In this document: in pieces, positions 1 to 8,945 of the stretch | How positions within the stretch are numbered: position 1 is the first letter of the stretch | Layout of the letters: each line of letters starts with the position of its first letter | Source: an uncultured Dehalococcoidia bacterium | GTDB lineage: Bacteria; Chloroflexota; Dehalococcoidia; DSTF01; JACRBR01 | Direction of reading: 5' to 3' | Length of the DNA: 64,000 nucleotides | NCBI GenBank assembly: GCA_964371355.1 | Contig: CAYJMG010000017.1 | Location: 10,277 to 74,276 of the forward strand | The notes under the pieces: generated by a model | What the model was told of the DNA's origin: nothing | Database searches by the model: none | The model's input: only the letters and a program-made list of their open reading frames with translations | Made by a program: the position numbers and the translations under genes

Positions 1-2
1 TC

Positions 3-716
3 GTGAGCCGCGGCGCGCAAAAGAACTTCGCAGACCACACAGTTCGCCTGAGGAAGCGGGGAGCGGTCAACGTCGATGCCGCATATTTCCATCGCCTTGC
101 TGCGAAGGCGATCCTCTTTCGGCGAGCCGAGCGGATCGTCCAGTCACTCAACCTTGGAGGATATCGGGCGAACGTCGTCACCTACTCGATTGCGTACATC
201 GCTCACAAGACATCCCACCGCATCGATCTTGATCGCATCTGGCGGGATCAAGACCTATCTCCTTCGTTGCAAGCGACGTTGGCAACGCTAGCGCCAGTGA
301 TCCATCTGCATCTAGTCGAAGGTGCGTCCGGCAAAAACGTCACTGAGTGGTGTAAGACGGATCAATGCTGGGCTTCGGTTCGGCAGTTGGAACTCGAGCT
401 GTCACCGGGCCTTTCAGCGGAACTCATATCTCGCGGTGAAGCCGTTGGCGTTCAGCGCGAACCAGAGAGCCTGGCCCCGGAAGCGCAGGTCCACATTGAA
501 CGCGTCAAGGAAATCCCATCCGAGACCTGGTATGCAGTAGCTAAGTGGGCCAAAGACACGAACAATCTCGCGGGGTGGCAACGTTCCCTGAGCTTCAGTC
601 TTGGCCGGTTGGCCGCGGCGAAGAGAGAGCCTTCGGCAAAGCAGGCTAAGCAAGGCGTGCTCATCTTGGAGGAGGCCGCTCGTCTTGGCTTCAGGTCGCC
701 TTTGGAAGAAGGTTAG
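3..716 (+). CDS. Hypothetical protein, 5'-truncated at the window edge (C-terminal 237 aa). Possible restriction or defence partner of the adjacent MTase-glycosylase pair.
   Basis: The ORF is open from the window start with no start codon and ends 5 nt before the glycosylase RBS. No recognisable catalytic motif, so function was not recognised. Context only: it lies inside the integrase/MTase island. Confidence 0.35.
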   Translation: MSRGAQKNFADHTVRLRKRGAVNVDAAYFHRLAAKAILFRRAERIVQSLNLGGYRANVVTYSIAYIAHKTSHRIDLDRIWRDQDLSPSLQATLATLAPVIHLHLVEGASGKNVTEWCKTDQCWASVRQLELELSPGLSAELISRGEAVGVQREPESLAPEAQVHIERVKEIPSETWYAVAKWAKDTNNLAGWQRSLSFSLGRLAAAKREPSAKQAKQGVLILEEAARLGFRSPLEEG

Positions 717-720
717 GTAC

Positions 721-1530
721 ATGGCGACGCACGGGTTCGCACATGAGCGCTCTATCGACGCGCGCCGCATCGGTCAGATTAGACGGGCCTTGGTACGCTG
801 GGGCGATGCGCACTTCCAGACTTACCCATGGCGCCGCGAGTTGCCGCTCTGGCAAGGGCTGGTTGCAGAAGTGCTGCTCCAAAGAACACGTGCCGCCCAG
901 GTCGCTCCTGTCTTTGATGAGCTGATCCGCCGCTATCCGTCGGCTCAACGCTTCGCGATGGCGTCTGAGCGCGACATCCAAGAGCTGATAACTTCGCTAG
1001 GTCTTCGCTGGCGCGCACCGCTTCTACATCGACTGGCCTCAAGTATCGGTGTGCGAAAGGGGCACCTCCCGAGGACACAAGTCGAGTTGGAAGCGCTCCC
1101 CGGTGTCGGGCCATACGCCGCGGGCGCAGCACTGAGCCTTCACGGGAATACTCGCGCTCTAATCATCGATTCCAATGTCGTGCGCGTTCTCTCAAGACTA
1201 GTTGGCGCGCCCTATGACGGTGAGACGCGTCGAAAGCGATGGCTGCGCGAGTTGTCGGATGAACTCACTCCGCACGACGGACACCGTCGATTCAACTACG
1301 CCCTCTTGGATTTGGCAATGCTGCTTTGCTCGCCACGATCGCCTCGCTGCAATGCTTGTCCCCTCCGAGCGATGTGTGTCACTGGGACTTCCCTAGCGGC
1401 CGGCGCCACGGCAGTGCGATCACCCTCCGCTGGAGTATCCGGACGCTGTGTCGTCCCAACCTCTAGGATGTCGCGAACAACACGAGCAACCTCGTACGCG
1501 AGTAGAGGTGGGACCGCGTTGCCCACTTGA
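721..1530 (+). CDS. HhH-GPD superfamily DNA glycosylase with a [4Fe-4S] cluster loop (Mig/MutY/EndoIII family). Probably a monofunctional T/U:G mismatch glycosylase.
   Basis: ATG at 721 with AAGG about 8 nt upstream. Helix-hairpin-helix LPGVGPYAAGA with Tyr, not Lys, after GVG (no EndoIII lyase lysine). Catalytic Asp in IIDSNVVRVLSRL. C-terminal C-x6-C-x2-C-x5-C (CSPRSPRCNACPLRAMC). The first in-frame stop is at 1528-1530. Confidence 0.75.
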   Translation: MATHGFAHERSIDARRIGQIRRALVRWGDAHFQTYPWRRELPLWQGLVAEVLLQRTRAAQVAPVFDELIRRYPSAQRFAMASERDIQELITSLGLRWRAPLLHRLASSIGVRKGHLPRTQVELEALPGVGPYAAGAALSLHGNTRALIIDSNVVRVLSRLVGAPYDGETRRKRWLRELSDELTPHDGHRRFNYALLDLAMLLCSPRSPRCNACPLRAMCVTGTSLAAGATAVRSPSAGVSGRCVVPTSRMSRTTRATSYASRGGTALPT

Positions 1531-3047
1531 ACGTATTGCTCGGTACGAGAGCCTTCGAATAGGTAGTTGTCCGGAAATGTTTGAAGTCGGGCGGCCTCGC
1601 GTACAGTGAGGCTTCTGCATTGCGTTGGATCCGGGTGGATGAAGTAGTGACCGTCCTTCGATATGTGCGACGTGATCGTGGTGGATGGACGGCCACGCAC
1701 CTGGACGCGAAACCGATCCGAGAATAGATTGCCGTTAAGGGCCTTCTTCGCATTGCCGTGATTCGGCAACAGGATGGCTGGAAAGTCCCTGAGTGTCGGG
1801 GAACGACCATAAACGCTGGCGAAGCAAGCCGCGAAGAAGTAGCGTTCGAGGTCGGCCTTGATGTGTCCCCTCGTCTCGTGGTTGCAGATACCCTGAAGCT
1901 TCGGGTCGCAGTACCAGTCTCTCCTGTACATTGGCCGACTCGGAATCCCAAGATAGGCGGCACCGCGTTTGGCATTCGGCACATGAATACGCTTGGCTGC
2001 GGCCTCAGCACATTTGAGAACCCTGCTGAGTTCCTGCGTTCTAAATTGTCTGCTGCCTCGCCAGGCATTCGTCGCGCCTGAGAATATGGATCGCCAATCG
2101 TCGTCTGAATCAGGTTGCTTCGAGAACCCGCTGCGCACGCGAGGCAGGTTGTCGATAACAGATTCGACTGCGATCGCGCTGACTTGCTCCAACACTCCAA
2201 GTTCGGGCGCACGGTTCGACCAATCCTCGCGGATACCGACAATGATTACCCGGTGTCTCGCCTGCGGAATGCCAAAGTCCTCACCCCGGATGACGAATTG
2301 CTCCGCGTCGTAGGCGTCGGTCGCTGGTGCAGACTCGTTTCGGACCAGCGGAAGAAGCACATATCGGAGCCCATTGCCCTCACCCAGCGCCTCCGTCGGT
2401 GCTCGGAGGTCAGACGCGATCAAGTCGAAGGTGTTTTGACCAGACAGCTTTGATGATAGTAAGCCCTTGACGTTTTCCATCACGAACAGCGGTGGCCGGT
2501 GGTCTGCGAGGATACGGAGATACTCCTTGTAGAGACGATGCCGACTATCCTTCTCAAACTGTTCGCGAGGTACGCGCGCCTGTCTCGAACGACCGGCGAG
2601 CGAGTACGCCTGGCAGGGCGGGCCACCAATCAATACCCAGAGTGAAATTCCACCCAAGGCCTTAGTGATACGTCGCTTCACACTGTCGTGCGGTTCGACT
2701 CCGAGTTCGGCTTGCCAAGCTTCTTGCTTCGCAGCCGCGCTCTCGTGTGGGTACGCCGCGAAGAGTTTTTCGCGCGTGAACTCGCCGCGGAGATAACGGT
2801 AGTATTCGCTCGGGGCATTGCCGGGCGGGAACTGACGAAAGAACGCTCTTAGTTCAAGCGTGGAGTGCGCAGCCTCGTCGCGTTCGACAGAGAGTGCGAT
2901 ACGGAATGCGCGCTTTCCCGGCGATGCGAACACGCTGGAGAATCCTTCGCCAAGGCCACCAGGCCCGGCGAACAAGTCGATGACCGGGATCGGCTTCGTC
3001 AATGGTTCGTCCGTGTGTCGCGATCGTACTACCCCGCCAATCGGCAC
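1296..3047 (-). CDS. dcm: DNA (cytosine-5)-methyltransferase, 583 aa, with a long target-recognition region.
   Basis: Motif I IDLFAGPGGLGEGF, motif IV GGPPCQAYSLAG, motif VI FVMENVKGL, motif X QVGNAVPPLLAYEVA. Confidence 0.9.
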   Translation of the reverse strand: MPIGGVVRSRHTDEPLTKPIPVIDLFAGPGGLGEGFSSVFASPGKRAFRIALSVERDEAAHSTLELRAFFRQFPPGNAPSEYYRYLRGEFTREKLFAAYPHESAAAKQEAWQAELGVEPHDSVKRRITKALGGISLWVLIGGPPCQAYSLAGRSRQARVPREQFEKDSRHRLYKEYLRILADHRPPLFVMENVKGLLSSKLSGQNTFDLIASDLRAPTEALGEGNGLRYVLLPLVRNESAPATDAYDAEQFVIRGEDFGIPQARHRVIIVGIREDWSNRAPELGVLEQVSAIAVESVIDNLPRVRSGFSKQPDSDDDWRSIFSGATNAWRGSRQFRTQELSRVLKCAEAAAKRIHVPNAKRGAAYLGIPSRPMYRRDWYCDPKLQGICNHETRGHIKADLERYFFAACFASVYGRSPTLRDFPAILLPNHGNAKKALNGNLFSDRFRVQVRGRPSTTITSHISKDGHYFIHPDPTQCRSLTVREAARLQTFPDNYLFEGSRTEQYVQVGNAVPPLLAYEVARVVRDILEVGTTQRPDTPAEGDRTAVAPAAREVPVTHIARRGQALQRGDRGEQSSIAKSKRA

Positions 3048-3106
3048 TTCCCAAGAAGCAGATCTTACCGACTTCGCCTATGACGAGATAGCCTCGAGCT
3101 GCGCTG

Positions 3107-4069
3107 CTACCTGCCGCCCAGCCGATCCGCTGGCGACAGCTTCTTGTGTGCGCGTCGGGCACGGACGCCGGCCGTGGCCTTCGTGTAGCGCTGGACCATC
3201 TGGAGCGAGTTCCAGCCGGCGAGCTGCTGCAGGTCCTCGGCGTAGCCGCCGCCGTCCAGGTACGCGATGGCGAACGAGCGCCGGAAGCCGTGGATGCCCT
3301 TGAACGGCACGCCGGCTTCCTTGAAGCGCCGGCGCAGACACATGCGGAGCGCGTTGAAGCTCATCGGCTGGCCGCGCGTCGAGACGAAGACGAAGTCGGC
3401 CACGGTGGCCGGGCGCTTCCTTAGGTACTTGTCGAGCGCCACGGCGGCCTTGCTACCAAGCCCCACAATGCGCTCCTTGCCACCCTTGCCGGTGACCTTG
3501 ATCGTCTGTTCGTCCATGTCGAGGTCATCCATGCGGATCCCGCACAGCTCGGAGGCGCGGACCCCCGTGTCGTAGAGCACCATCACCATGGCGCGGTCCC
3601 GCAGCGAGGTCCACGACTTGTCGCCGCACGCCTTGAGCACGCGCTCCAGGCCCTCGGTCCCATAATGCTCCTTGATGGTGTCGGGCACCTTCGGCGGCTT
3701 GATGCGCAGCATCGGGTTCTCGCGGATCTCGCCTTCCTCGACGAGCCAGCGGTAGAAACGCTTGAGCGACCGGTAACGCTGGTTCACCGTCGAGGGAGCG
3801 TTGCGCTCCTGCATGTCGCCGAGGAACTCGCGGACGTGCTCGGTGCTCATCGCCGGGATCGGCGCCATTCCCTTGTGAAGCCGGAACGCCTCCAGCCGCT
3901 TGATGGCGTCCGCGTAGATATTGAACGTCTTCTCGGTCAGGCCCTCGGCGCGGAGGGTCAGTCGGAAGCTCGACAGGAGCGCTTGGATGCTCGGGCCGGC
4001 GTCCGCTGGGTCCGAATAATTAGGCGCACTTGGATGCAAGCTGCGAGTGGGGCTGGACATGGGGCACAC
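3107..4069 (-). CDS. Tyrosine site-specific recombinase / phage-type integrase.
   Basis: N-terminal SAM-like core-binding region. Catalytic region GVRASEL...HGFRRSFA...LAGWNSLQMVQRYTKA (R..H-x-x-R..Y). Lies 50 nt from the tRNA 3' end, in the same orientation. Confidence 0.85.
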   Translation of the reverse strand: MCPMSSPTRSLHPSAPNYSDPADAGPSIQALLSSFRLTLRAEGLTEKTFNIYADAIKRLEAFRLHKGMAPIPAMSTEHVREFLGDMQERNAPSTVNQRYRSLKRFYRWLVEEGEIRENPMLRIKPPKVPDTIKEHYGTEGLERVLKACGDKSWTSLRDRAMVMVLYDTGVRASELCGIRMDDLDMDEQTIKVTGKGGKERIVGLGSKAAVALDKYLRKRPATVADFVFVSTRGQPMSFNALRMCLRRRFKEAGVPFKGIHGFRRSFAIAYLDGGGYAEDLQQLAGWNSLQMVQRYTKATAGVRARRAHKKLSPADRLGGR

Positions 4070-4118
4070 CTCCGAATCTCTTACCTATAGATTCGGCAGC
4101 GTGCGCCTAATTATGAAC

Positions 4119-4194
4119 TGGAGCGGGAGATGGGACTCGAACCCACGACCCTCTGCTTGGGAAGCAGATGCTCTACCGGCTGAGCTACTCCCGC
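4119..4194 (-). tRNA. tRNA-Gly (anticodon CCC), CCA encoded.
   Basis: Reverse complement reads GCGGGAG-TA-GCTC-AGCCGGTA-GAGC-A-TCTGC-TTCCCAA-GCAGA-GGGTC-GTGGG-TTCGAGT-CCCAT-CTCCCGC-T-CCA. Acceptor stem 7/7, anticodon stem 5/5, GTTCGAGTC T-loop. Confidence 0.85.
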
Positions 4195-4660
4195 TCGATG
4201 TGCGACCCGGTGGCCGTGCGCTTTCGCACGCGTTCTACAGCATACGGCCTCCGGCCCGTGATAGGCACCCCCGTCTTCGGCCACCCTCGCCGTGACTTCA
4301 TGCCTATTGTGCTGTAGCGCCATCTATCTGGACGAGATCAGCGGTGTCACGCACCTGCGCTCGTCTCACTGCTGACGAGATGCACGCATCCAACATGGCG
4401 AGATGCACCCCGCCGGGCGCGACGGGGCGTCCCACCAATTGAACGCGCAAGATCCAGCGGAGGGGGTGGGGTTCACCGTACGCGTAGTCCCGCGCAAACG
4501 AGTTCAAAACGCGCGCTGTTATCAGCCTGGCACGGAGCCGAGACACTGCCGTTGCATTCTTCCTTGAAACCCTTATGGGGCCCTTGGATAGTCTTCGCCC
4601 TGCATTGCTTGGGCGGTCGTCAACCGTTGTTGCGACCGTCGTCTGGAGGACGAGGCTTTC

Positions 4661-6181
4661 ATGAGTGCAACCACCGAGATTTCCACGCAGACGCCACGAC
4701 CGACCGACGCCGCGCGCTACCTGGCCCTGCTGAGCCGCTGGTGGTGGCTGCTGGTGGCCGGCGCCACGATCGCGGGCATCGCCGCGTATTTCGTGACCGG
4801 CACCATCGCGCCGACCTACCGCGCGTCGTCGACGCTGCTCATCAACCAGGTCGAGACGCCCGGCTCAATCGTCTACAGCGACGTGCTCACGAGCGAGCGC
4901 CTGACGAAGACTTACCGCGAACTGATCACGAAGCGCCCGATCCTGGAGACCGTCATCGAAGACGCGGACGAGCCGGGGCTCACCGTCGACGAGCTGTCCG
5001 GGAAGCTGGACACGAAGGCGGTGAAAGACACCCAGCTCGTGACCATCTCCGTGAGCGATGAGTCGCCCCAGCGCGCGGCGCGGCTGGCGAATCTTGTCGC
5101 GAGCACGTTTGTGCGCGAAGAGAGCGAGGACGCCCTGACGCGGACCGGCACCACGCGGATCGTGGAGCCGGCCACGGTGCCTGGCGCGCCCATCGCGCCG
5201 AATCTGAAGCTGAATCTGGCGCTTGCGGTGTTGGCGGGCCTGGTGCTTGCGGGCGGGGTGGCGCTGCTCATCGAGTATCTGGACGACACGATCAAGTCGC
5301 CCGACGACGTGAGCATGGCCTCGGGACTGGCGACGCTGGGCGAAGTGGGGCGGCTGCCGCACGACAAGGACCGCATTCCGCTCAGCACACGCGGGCTGCC
5401 CATGCACGAGGCGGAGACGTACGCGATCCTCCGCACCAACATCCAGTTCAGCTCCATCGCGCACCCGGCCCAGGTGATCCTCGTGGCCAGCGCCAACAGC
5501 GGCGACGGCAAGTCGACGACGTCCGCGAACTACGCCCTGGCATGCGCGGAGTCCGGCAAGCGCGTGGCGCTGGTCGACGCGGACCTGCGGCGGCCGACCC
5601 TGCACCGCGCCTTCGGGCTGGAGAACACAAGCGGACTGACGTCAGTGCTACTGGACGGCGCGTCGCTGGACGAGCGGTCGCTGATTCCCACCAGCCACCC
5701 CAACCTGTTCGTCGTACCCAGCGGCCCTCTGCCGCCGAACCCGACGGAGCTGCTGGAGTGGGTCGGCTTCGACGCCATCATCGAACAGATGAAGCAGAAG
5801 GTGGATGTGATCGTCATCGACAGCTCGCCGCTGCTGGCCGTGGCCGACGCGCGGATCCTTGCAGCGAAAGCTGACGCCACGATCCTCGTGGTCGAGCAGG
5901 GACGGACGCGCGCGAGCGCGCTGCGTGCCGCCTACCACGCGACGGCTCGCGCAAATGCGAACGTACTGGGCGTGGTGCTGAACAAGGTGCGGCGCGGCCG
6001 CAGTGGCTACGGCTCGTACTACTACTACTACGACCGGTCGTACGCGGTGCGCGGCGGCGATTCCGGGGGCGGCGGCGGACGCGGCAGGCTCCCGGAACTG
6101 GCGGCGATTCAACTGGCGCCGGCACACGGCAGTGCGGAGGCGGGACGCGGGGGGGCGGCCGCGGACGAGACGCGCGTGTAG
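4661..6181 (+). CDS. Polysaccharide co-polymerase / tyrosine autokinase (fused Wzz-like transmembrane module plus BY-kinase, Wzc/CpsCD-like).
   Basis: Two TM segments flank a ~130 aa extracytoplasmic loop. Walker A ASANSGDGKSTTSAN. C-terminal Tyr cluster GYGSYYYYYDRSY. Confidence 0.85.
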   Translation: MSATTEISTQTPRPTDAARYLALLSRWWWLLVAGATIAGIAAYFVTGTIAPTYRASSTLLINQVETPGSIVYSDVLTSERLTKTYRELITKRPILETVIEDADEPGLTVDELSGKLDTKAVKDTQLVTISVSDESPQRAARLANLVASTFVREESEDALTRTGTTRIVEPATVPGAPIAPNLKLNLALAVLAGLVLAGGVALLIEYLDDTIKSPDDVSMASGLATLGEVGRLPHDKDRIPLSTRGLPMHEAETYAILRTNIQFSSIAHPAQVILVASANSGDGKSTTSANYALACAESGKRVALVDADLRRPTLHRAFGLENTSGLTSVLLDGASLDERSLIPTSHPNLFVVPSGPLPPNPTELLEWVGFDAIIEQMKQKVDVIVIDSSPLLAVADARILAAKADATILVVEQGRTRASALRAAYHATARANANVLGVVLNKVRRGRSGYGSYYYYYDRSYAVRGGDSGGGGGRGRLPELAAIQLAPAHGSAEAGRGGAAADETRV

Positions 6182-6255
6182 GCACGACACAAACGGGGGA
6201 GATGGGACCGGCCGCTGGGCCGGATCCATGCAAAGGACACGAGGAGGAACACAGC

Positions 6256-6837
6256 ATGCTCAGGATTGCATCGCTACTTGCCGTCGTCACGTCGACGATG
6301 CTGATCGCCTCGATGGCGGGCACGGCTCACGCGCAGTACCCGCCGCCGGGCTCGAGCCTGACGGTCACGGCAGGGCAGACGACGGCGACCGCCGGCCAGA
6401 CGGTCCCCATTACGGCAGTGCTCCGCGACAACGACGGCGACGTACTGGCGAACCAGGCCTGCGTGGCACGCGTGGCGCGCCAGCCCGGCACGGGCGCCAG
6501 CGTTTCACCGACTGACGTCACGACCGATGGCAACGGCGCGGCGCGCACGACGCTCAACGTCGGTAGCACGCCCGGCACGATTGAGGTCGAGGTGGTCTGC
6601 GGCACTATCACCGGCCGGGTCAGCGTGATCCTGTCGGCCGCGGCGCAGCCCCCGCAGTCGCCCATCGAGCTGCCGAGCACAGGCAGCGGGCCCGACTCGC
6701 AGTCCGGTGGACTGACGGCGGTCCTGCTGATCACCGCGGGCGCTATCGCGCTGCTGGGCGCGCGCAGGTACGCACGCACGACGCGCACAAGCGGAAAGCG
6801 ACCATCGACTCGGGCGGCGCACGGCCAGGCGAGCTAG
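6256..6837 (+). CDS. Small secreted Ig-like (Big-type) surface protein with an LPXTG-type cell-wall sorting signal.
   Basis: GAGGAGGA RBS before the ATG at 6256. Signal peptide MLRIASLLAVVTSTMLIASMAGTAHA. Beta-rich Thr/Gly domain. LPSTG, then a 17-aa hydrophobic stretch, then a basic tail RRYARTTR. Confidence 0.6.
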   Translation: MLRIASLLAVVTSTMLIASMAGTAHAQYPPPGSSLTVTAGQTTATAGQTVPITAVLRDNDGDVLANQACVARVARQPGTGASVSPTDVTTDGNGAARTTLNVGSTPGTIEVEVVCGTITGRVSVILSAAAQPPQSPIELPSTGSGPDSQSGGLTAVLLITAGAIALLGARRYARTTRTSGKRPSTRAAHGQAS

Positions 6838-6870
6838 CCGAAACACGGGGATAGGAAGGAGCCAGGCCGG

Positions 6871-8838
6871 GTGTCAGCTCGAGCCATCGCGTGGACGCCC
6901 TGGCTTCGATCGGGCATCGCGAGGCGCGGCGGCCTGCTGGCCTGGATCCTGGCGGCGCTGTTGGTCGCCGGTGTGGTCGAGGGATACCGCGCGGCCATGG
7001 TGCTCCGCGACATCAACCAGGGACGAGCATCGCTCCAACGGGGGGAAGACGTGCTGGAGACGAGACGACTCGACGCGAAGACGGAGGACCTGCGATCGGC
7101 GCGCACGGCGTTCGAGTCGGCGGGCGACGACTTCGCGGCAGCGCAAGGCAGGATGAGCCGCGACCCGCTGCTGTGGGCCGCCGGCCACCTCCCCTTCGCA
7201 GGCCGACAGGTGGACGCGGCCGGGGATCTCGCCGCTGTCGGTGCCGAGGCGAGCGCGATCGGCCTTGCCGCCGTCGATGCCGCCGACGAGTTCGCGGCCG
7301 TGCGCGATGGCGACAGCGGGAGCCTGCTGGAGACCAGCGTCGAGGTCCTGGACCGCACCGCGCCCGCGTTCGACAAGATCGACATGCACCTGTCGCAGGT
7401 GGACGCCCTGCGCAACGGGCTGAGCGGCGGCGCGCTGCTGCCACCCCTGTCCGGCGCGGTCGATAAGCTCGACGAGCGGCGCGAGCACATCGCGACCATC
7501 ATCCAGACGTACGGTGACGCCCGCGCATTCCTGCCGGCGTTCCTGGGGTTCTCCGGGCCGAAGTGTTACCTGGTCCTGGCGCACAACAACGCCGAGCTTT
7601 TGCCCACGGGTGGGCTCGTCAGCGTGCTGGGGCTCATGTGCCTGGAGCGCGGTCGCATGACCACGTTCGAGTTCACCGACGCGATCGAGTTTGGCATGGA
7701 CTGGATGCGGGCCGGCGGAGCGTACGAACCGCCTCCGGGGCCGCTCGACCGCTATCTGCTGAAGGGCGTGACCTGGAACCTCAGCGTCTCGAACTGGTCG
7801 CCTGACTTCCCGACCGCCGCGCGGGAGGCACAGCGGTTCTACGAGCTGGGCGGCGGTGGTCCCGTCGACGGCGTCATCGGGATCAACGTGCGGACGCTGG
7901 AGCGGATGCTGGCCGTGACCGGACCGGTGGAGATCCCCGAATACGGGGTGATGGCCACCAGCAGCAACGTCTTCGACCTCACCGAGCAGTACACGCGCGA
8001 CCCGTCAGCGCCCGATGCGGACCGGAAGGAGTTCGTTGCCCTGCTGGCGCGCGAGGTGCTGGACCGCTCGCTACACCCGGAGACCGGGAACTGGAGCGGG
8101 TTCATCGACCTGGTGCAGAAGCTGGGCGACGAGAAGGAGCTGCTCATCTACGCGAACGACCCAACGCTACAGGATGCCGTCCGCGACCTTGGCGTGGCGG
8201 GCGAGGCCCGCTACGAAGGCGGCGACTTCCTGATGCTGGTGGATGCGAGCGTCAACGGCACCAAGCTCAACGCCGTCATGGAACAGTCGCTCAGCATCGA
8301 CGTGCTGCTGGACGAGCGCGGCGCCGCGCACACGGCGGTCACTATCGACTACTTCAACAACCTCGCGCCGTGGGAGGAGGGCCGGGATCCCGCGCTCGTC
8401 CGAAAGTTGATGCTGGGCGGCGTGTACGGCGACTACGTACGCCTGTACGTGCCACCCGGCAGCACTATCGCCGACGTGCGTGACGAGTTGGGGACCATCG
8501 GGGTGGAGGATGTCGGCGACGAACTGGGGCTGACAGTGTTCGGCCGCTTCTTCACGGTGCCGCGGGACACGCGCCGCCAGTTGAGCTTTTCCTATGTCAC
8601 GCCGGCCGTCGTCGACCTGCGGAGCGGGCGCGAGGCACTGTACCGGCTCACGATCCGCAAGCAGCCGGGCCAGCGCGCGCTGCCCGTCACGCTGCGCCTT
8701 TCGGCGCCGAGCGGCGCCCGCGTCTCCGCGGTGCGCGTGAACGGAGAGAGCGCGGAGCCAGCGGAAGCTGGTCTCCAGATCGAGCTGACGAGGGACTTCG
8801 TCATCGAATACAGCATCGAAAGGACAGGTGCGCAGTGA
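6871..8838 (+). CDS. Membrane-anchored hypothetical protein (N-terminal TM, large extracytoplasmic domain, DUF4012-like).
   Basis: GTG start with GGAAGGA about 10 nt upstream. A single N-terminal TM helix. Synteny with the glycan locus. The family assignment is from memory only. Confidence 0.45.
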   Translation: MSARAIAWTPWLRSGIARRGGLLAWILAALLVAGVVEGYRAAMVLRDINQGRASLQRGEDVLETRRLDAKTEDLRSARTAFESAGDDFAAAQGRMSRDPLLWAAGHLPFAGRQVDAAGDLAAVGAEASAIGLAAVDAADEFAAVRDGDSGSLLETSVEVLDRTAPAFDKIDMHLSQVDALRNGLSGGALLPPLSGAVDKLDERREHIATIIQTYGDARAFLPAFLGFSGPKCYLVLAHNNAELLPTGGLVSVLGLMCLERGRMTTFEFTDAIEFGMDWMRAGGAYEPPPGPLDRYLLKGVTWNLSVSNWSPDFPTAAREAQRFYELGGGGPVDGVIGINVRTLERMLAVTGPVEIPEYGVMATSSNVFDLTEQYTRDPSAPDADRKEFVALLAREVLDRSLHPETGNWSGFIDLVQKLGDEKELLIYANDPTLQDAVRDLGVAGEARYEGGDFLMLVDASVNGTKLNAVMEQSLSIDVLLDERGAAHTAVTIDYFNNLAPWEEGRDPALVRKLMLGGVYGDYVRLYVPPGSTIADVRDELGTIGVEDVGDELGLTVFGRFFTVPRDTRRQLSFSYVTPAVVDLRSGREALYRLTIRKQPGQRALPVTLRLSAPSGARVSAVRVNGESAEPAEAGLQIELTRDFVIEYSIERTGAQ

Positions 8839-8945
8839 GGGCGAGGGCAGCAACCAACGGCCACGTGCCGGCGCAGGCGACCACGGCACGCCTGAACGGC
8901 GCGAGCCATGCTTCGACGAACGGATCGCATCCCGCGCCGAAGGCC

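Larger units (their letters stand above)
1..4194. mobile_element. Right end of an integrative genomic island inserted at the 3' end of tRNA-Gly(CCC). The left boundary is outside the window.
   Basis: A tRNA, then an integrase, then accessory cargo (m5C MTase, glycosylase) all co-oriented. The far att repeat is not in the window, so the extent is unknown. Confidence 0.5.

Noticed and set aside
4195-4660. Possible att repeat or small ORF (4304-4546, minus) between the tRNA and wzc.
   Set aside because: No recognisable direct repeat of the tRNA 3' end and the ORF has no features. Treated as the promoter/intergenic region of the glycan locus.
8835-8945. N-terminal extensions offered by the ORF track (for example the GTG at 8835 for the HddC-GmhA gene, 35057 for fdhA, 52279 for pilT, 58926 for pilC, 60629 for pilB, 62314 for the DinB-like gene, 45672 for the receiver).
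   Set aside because: Family-typical N-termini begin at internal ATG or GTG codons that have Shine-Dalgarno sequences and start/stop overlaps with neighbours. The extensions are low-complexity.
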